Under the pieces are notes generated by a model. The model worked only from the letters and a program-made list of their open reading frames with translations, searched no databases and had not been told where the DNA came from. 18,817 bases of DNA from Elusimicrobiota bacterium (lineage in GTDB: Bacteria > CG03 > SLGR01 > JAGXOG01), in assembly GCA_051745145.1 (NCBI GenBank), contig JBNJDT010000026.1:1-18817 (forward strand). Reading direction: 5' to 3'. Position numbers and translations under genes: made by a program. How positions within the stretch are numbered: the stretch's first letter is position 1; each line of letters starts with the position of its first letter. Shown here one piece after another: positions 16,301 through 18,817 of the stretch.

Positions 16301-16819
16301 AAAGTTGCCTTCTCCGAATATATCCTGTAGTTTAAGAGCTTCTTCACGGGCCCTGTCCAGCCGGTCATCGGTAATTAACTGAGCCACTTTTCCCTGCATA
16401 CAACCGGAAAGGGCTATTATACCCGTGCTGTATTTTTTTAAACTGGTTAAATCAATACGGGGTTTGTGATAAAAACCTTCATTGTAAGCTATATCATTTA
16501 AAATCATTAAATTTCTGTAGCCGTCGTAATTTTTAGCCAGCAGGGTCATGTGGTTGGAAAATTTAACTTTTTTGTTTTTCTCTTTGCGGGAGGTGGGAGC
16601 AATGTAAAATTCACACCCGATTATTGGTTTTATCCCTTTATTCTGACAGGCTTTGTAAAATTTAATGGCCCCGCACATATTACCGTGGTCGGTAATAGCT
16701 AAAGCCGGCATATCAAAAGAATCAGCTTTTTCAACCAGAGGTTCTATACGACATGCTCCATCTAAAAAGGAATAATCCGTATGTACGTGAAGATGTACAA
16801 ATCTTGAGTGTTTTTTCAT
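13355..16819 (-). CDS. dnaE: DNA polymerase III subunit alpha
   Basis: PHP HLHVHTDYSFLDG, GPGRGS, PDLDIDF, HAAGVV, KMDFLGL, YQEQVMQ, GFNKSH, clamp-motif-like QTTFF, OB domain; 1154 aa with no intein-sized insertion. Confidence 0.98.
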   Translation of the reverse strand: MKKHSRFVHLHVHTDYSFLDGACRIEPLVEKADSFDMPALAITDHGNMCGAIKFYKACQNKGIKPIIGCEFYIAPTSRKEKNKKVKFSNHMTLLAKNYDGYRNLMILNDIAYNEGFYHKPRIDLTSLKKYSTGIIALSGCMQGKVAQLITDDRLDRAREEALKLQDIFGEGNFYLEMMDTGIDEQIKINEELDKISTETGIPCVATNDCHYIEKTDAYPQEILMCIGTGKKIDDPTHMKFNDDEYYLKSPEEMKSRFRNYPEAVENTVKVAEKCNLKLDFDKNLLPEYEVPGEYTRKEYLEKLCRDGIAGRYGENPSNKDEIEERLNMELGIINRLGFPGYFLICWDFVKKSKEKGIPVGPGRGSGCGSIVSYLLGITKIDPLKYDLLFERFLNPARKTMPDLDIDFADYGRDEIIEYVKEKYGSHRVGQISTFSTLKAKAALRDVGRVLDIPLGKVDKIAKMIPTGTNITIYEAKNDIDEFKKAYNSSDRIRQMIDVAQRIEGCKRQPSVHAAGVVIAKDKLSKFVPRGVSSDNRGVTQYEGEDLVELGLLKMDFLGLKNLTIIQEAVKNIEETTGEKLDIDDLPQGDKNTYELLNSADSVGLFQIERAGFQALLKKLTLEKFEDIIALVALNRPGVIRSGMTDKYIERKKDPSLVEYPHPSLENILKETYGVILYQEQVMQVARKLAGFSPSQADDMRKAMSKKIPSVLERLREAFIKGGVENGIAKKSLKNIFNMLAEFGAYGFNKSHSAAYASLVYQTSYLKANYPTEYMCALLTCEMGNTDKIAQYVAESRRMGIEIKPPDVRKSNIAFKIEDDGVIRYGLKAVKNIGTAAIKSIIDARGKDNDFESFYEFCVSVNLNKVNKRVLESLVKAGAFDFLNEGRRPLFNVIEKAISQASRAQKDKELGQTTFFEVIDDGESPEVTIEDEREWADNELLINEKEALGYYFSGHPLTKHDEEIKNLTSGTIKNVKNKVKPGKIITVGGMIKEESKKKTKNGNRMAVLTLEDLTDTLDCVIFPSAYDTDIANFVKEDEFVVAKGKLDKSRGRLQFMVNELIPLDKARNKMAKKIVIELNTKFNKVDDIYKIKNILKKYPGDISIEFLVNTDKFDKVKIKTDQKTRVSQSLLQELENEIGEGSVSLMGSAPKVAVG

Positions 16820-16859
16820 TTTTTTACCGTAAATATTTTCATTATTTTCTTAAAAATAA

Positions 16860-16887
16860 ATTCTACGAAATTTGAATTTTAAGTCAA
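16860..16887 (-). promoter_or_regulatory. Sigma70-type promoter of the dnaE run
   Basis: Minus strand TTGACT (16882-16887), 16-nt spacer, TAGAAT (16860-16865). Confidence 0.55.
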
Positions 16888-16926
16888 ACTAAAAAGATAG
16901 GTTTTTTCACTGGGCTTTATACTCTG

Positions 16927-17493
16927 TCACCCCAGGCTTTTTATGGCTTCTAGTAACTCATCGGATGAAAACGGTTTAGTGATATATTTATTGGCCCCAA
17001 ATTTTAAAACTTTTTCTTTGCTCTCTTTATTTCCGTAAGCAGTAATGGCTATTATTTTTTCTCCGTTATCATTTTCCCTTATTTTCTTTATTATCTCGTA
17101 TCCGTCCATCCCGGGAAGTCTTATATCCAGAATTATGTGTGTGGGTTTAAATAATGCCAGTTTCTGCCCTGCTTCAAAACCATCGGCCGCAGTGGCCATC
17201 TTATAATTTTCGGGGAGTTTTTTTAAAGTGTTACTTATCAAATTAAGAATATTGGGATCATCATCTACAACCATTATCTTTTTCCCATCCGTTTCTTTAA
17301 GCTCAGATGGAATAGGCATTGAGTACTCTTCCATAAATTTTATAATGTCTTCTCGTTTTATCCGGCGGTGGCCGCCCGCTGTTTTATAGGCTTTTAATTT
17401 ATCCTGTTTAATCCAATTTATTACCGTGGTTAAATCAACACCGCAAAAATTGCCAACCTCCCTGGTTGTAAAAACTTCTTTTTTATCTTTCAT
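16927..17493 (-). CDS. Response regulator with N-terminal excisionase/MerR-like HTH and C-terminal receiver domain
   Basis: FTTREVGNFCGVDLTTVINWIKQDKLKAYKTAGGHRRI (excisionase-family HTH); REC motifs VVDDD, ILDIRLPGMDG, AITAY, ITKPF. RBS GGGAGGT. Confidence 0.92.
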   Translation of the reverse strand: MKDKKEVFTTREVGNFCGVDLTTVINWIKQDKLKAYKTAGGHRRIKREDIIKFMEEYSMPIPSELKETDGKKIMVVDDDPNILNLISNTLKKLPENYKMATAADGFEAGQKLALFKPTHIILDIRLPGMDGYEIIKKIRENDNGEKIIAITAYGNKESKEKVLKFGANKYITKPFSSDELLEAIKSLG

Positions 17494-17521
17494 AATTTTT
17501 TACCTCCCTACTTGATTGATT

Positions 17522-17550
17522 ATTGTACAAATTTATCGGTTTATTCTCAA
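17522..17550 (-). promoter_or_regulatory. Sigma70-type promoter of the response regulator
   Basis: Minus strand TTGAGA (17545-17550), 17-nt spacer, TACAAT (17522-17527). Confidence 0.65.
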
Positions 17551-17592
17551 ATATTTATTTACCCTTGATTCATTATCAGTTGTTTTTATTTT

Positions 17593-18817
17593 TCACCTTT
17601 CTCTGTCTATAATTTCCAGCATTTTCCGGGCCTTTTGATGTGAACTATCCATCTTCAAAACTTTTTCGAACTTTTCTTCCGCCTTATCGTACTCGGCGTC
17701 CAGATAGTTTTCCCGCCCTTCGCTGTAAAGTTTATCTACAATTTTTTCCCGGGCTCTTTCTATCCCTTCTTTCGCCATCTCATTCTGAGAATCTAACTTC
17801 AGAGCCTTACGGTAATTCTCAATAGCCTGCCAGTAATTCTCCTCGTCCATCTTTTGCCCGGCCTGTTTAATATATTCTTTTAATTTCACGTCCTCTTCTG
17901 CTTTTATCTTTGCCAACTTTTGACCGGCTTTCTTTTGTATATCCTCTGCCGAATCAGTTTCTGGAACATCGGCCTGAATTATTTCCTTAAATGTTTCCAT
18001 GGCCTCTTCCCACTTTTTACTTTCCATTTTCTGTAAGCCTTCTTCATATTTTTCTTCCAGCTTCCGGACAGCATTTTTTATCTTTAATTTTTTACGGGCG
18101 TTTGCTCTTCCCCTTATCGCCTTTCCGTTTGCCGGAGATATCCCAAGTACTTTCTGATACTTATCAGCTGCCTGACCGTACTCTCCTTCTTCATAGTTGG
18201 CAGCCGCCGCTTCAAGCAGACTCCTTATCTTTACGCTTTTATCATCTTCTATTTTTTCCAGCTGTTCTTTTGCTCTCTTTTGCAAATCCTCTATCTTTGC
18301 AAAACCCAGATCATCGGCTTCTTTAATTTCCTTAAATTCCTCAAAAGCTTCCTCTAAATTTTGTTCTTCTACTTTTCTTTGAGCGCGAGCATACTTCTCC
18401 ATTAGTTCGGCGTAAATTCTTCGTCTTTCTTCCAGCAATTCTTTAATCTCCCGGATTATCTCCTTTACTCTCTCCATTTTTGGAGCTATATCGAGCGTCT
18501 TTTTAAATAATTTCAGAGCCTGCTCATATTCTTCCTTTTCAAAATGGTCTACCCCTTTATCATAATATATTTTTGCTTTTTGGGTAATATCTCCGAATTT
18601 CATATTCATACTCAACCGGTGGGTCCCGTAAATATCTTTTATACCGGACAGCGGATATTTAAATCCGTAATCAATCCTTAAATTGTTGTCTATATTATAC
18701 GAAGTTCCCAAAGACAGGTTTCTCATCTCCCGGCTTCCCAGAGCTATCCCTCCACGCAGGGCTATCTTATCATCTAAAAAACTGTTTTCCATTCCCCCGT
18801 ATACATTGATATCTTTA
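17593..18817 (-). CDS. 5'-partial protein: end of a PorV/PorP-like outer-membrane beta-barrel followed by tetratricopeptide repeats
   Basis: Frame is open to the right edge (KDINVYGG precedes the listed Met). Barrel-type strands ALRGG, LSLGTSY, RIDYGF, GTHRLSMNMKFG; then TPR helices such as YYDKGVDHFEKEEYEQALKLFKKTLDIAP. Confidence 0.75.
   Translation of the reverse strand, partial: KDINVYGGMENSFLDDKIALRGGIALGSREMRNLSLGTSYNIDNNLRIDYGFKYPLSGIKDIYGTHRLSMNMKFGDITQKAKIYYDKGVDHFEKEEYEQALKLFKKTLDIAPKMERVKEIIREIKELLEERRRIYAELMEKYARAQRKVEEQNLEEAFEEFKEIKEADDLGFAKIEDLQKRAKEQLEKIEDDKSVKIRSLLEAAAANYEEGEYGQAADKYQKVLGISPANGKAIRGRANARKKLKIKNAVRKLEEKYEEGLQKMESKKWEEAMETFKEIIQADVPETDSAEDIQKKAGQKLAKIKAEEDVKLKEYIKQAGQKMDEENYWQAIENYRKALKLDSQNEMAKEGIERAREKIVDKLYSEGRENYLDAEYDKAEEKFEKVLKMDSSHQKARKMLEIIDRER
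17740..18405 (-). repeat. Internal tandem duplication (115-aa period) in the TPR protein
   Basis: Residues 130-236 and 245-351 of the listed ORF align without gaps: EKY/EKY, EEA/EEA, FKEI/FKEI, EDLQK/EDIQK, VK/VK, QA/QA, ARKKL/AREKI. Confidence 0.75.

Noticed and set aside
13355..16819. Intein or split in dnaE
   Set aside because: Length is normal, motifs are continuous, and the usual insertion site reads GAYGFNKSH uninterrupted.
17330..17493. Excisionase-like HTH as evidence of a prophage or integrative element
   Set aside because: It is fused to a receiver domain, with no integrase, att-like repeats, tRNA or phage genes nearby.
239..18382. All plus-strand ORFs in the track (e.g. 239-526, 1042-1557, 3160-3600, 9502-9915, 15621-16043) and the nested minus ORFs 3172-3363 and 9025-9318
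   Set aside because: They are antisense or alternate-frame shadows of well-supported genes, with biased composition and no recognisable motifs.
1..18817. CRISPR array, tRNA/rRNA, insertion sequence or stop-codon recoding
   Set aside because: No regularly spaced repeats, structured RNA signatures or transposase ORFs. All genes read through normally under the standard bacterial code.

Overview
Bacterial chromosomal segment, roughly 40% GC with very AT-rich intergenic regions, in which all 18 credible genes lie on the minus strand. The outer-membrane barrel and TPR proteins and the excisionase-HTH response regulator suggest a diderm, possibly Elusimicrobiota- or Omnitrophota-like (inference only). 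In transcription order (right to left) it holds: a partial beta-barrel+TPR protein; an orphan HTH-REC response regulator; a tightly packed housekeeping run (dnaE, PPi-type pfk, putative outer-membrane protein, accA, glutamate dehydrogenase, panD, dihydropyrimidinase); and a ~7 kb sulfur/cofactor block. That block comprises a threonine-synthase-like PLP enzyme, a ubiquitin-like sulfur carrier ending in GG, a stand-alone NIL protein, a Cys-type Thi4, a DUF6775-like zinc protein, cysK, a stand-alone XdhC domain, an FeS-less cysH, a short hemA and a hemC that breaks off into an unrelated hydrophobic tail. Main leads are a probable sulfur-carrier-dependent homocysteine/sulfur-relay module, an exact 18-bp element shared by the sulfur-gene leaders, the chimeric hemC end, and strong window-wide CCGG enrichment. 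No rRNA, tRNA, CRISPR array, riboswitch or mobile element was recognised.
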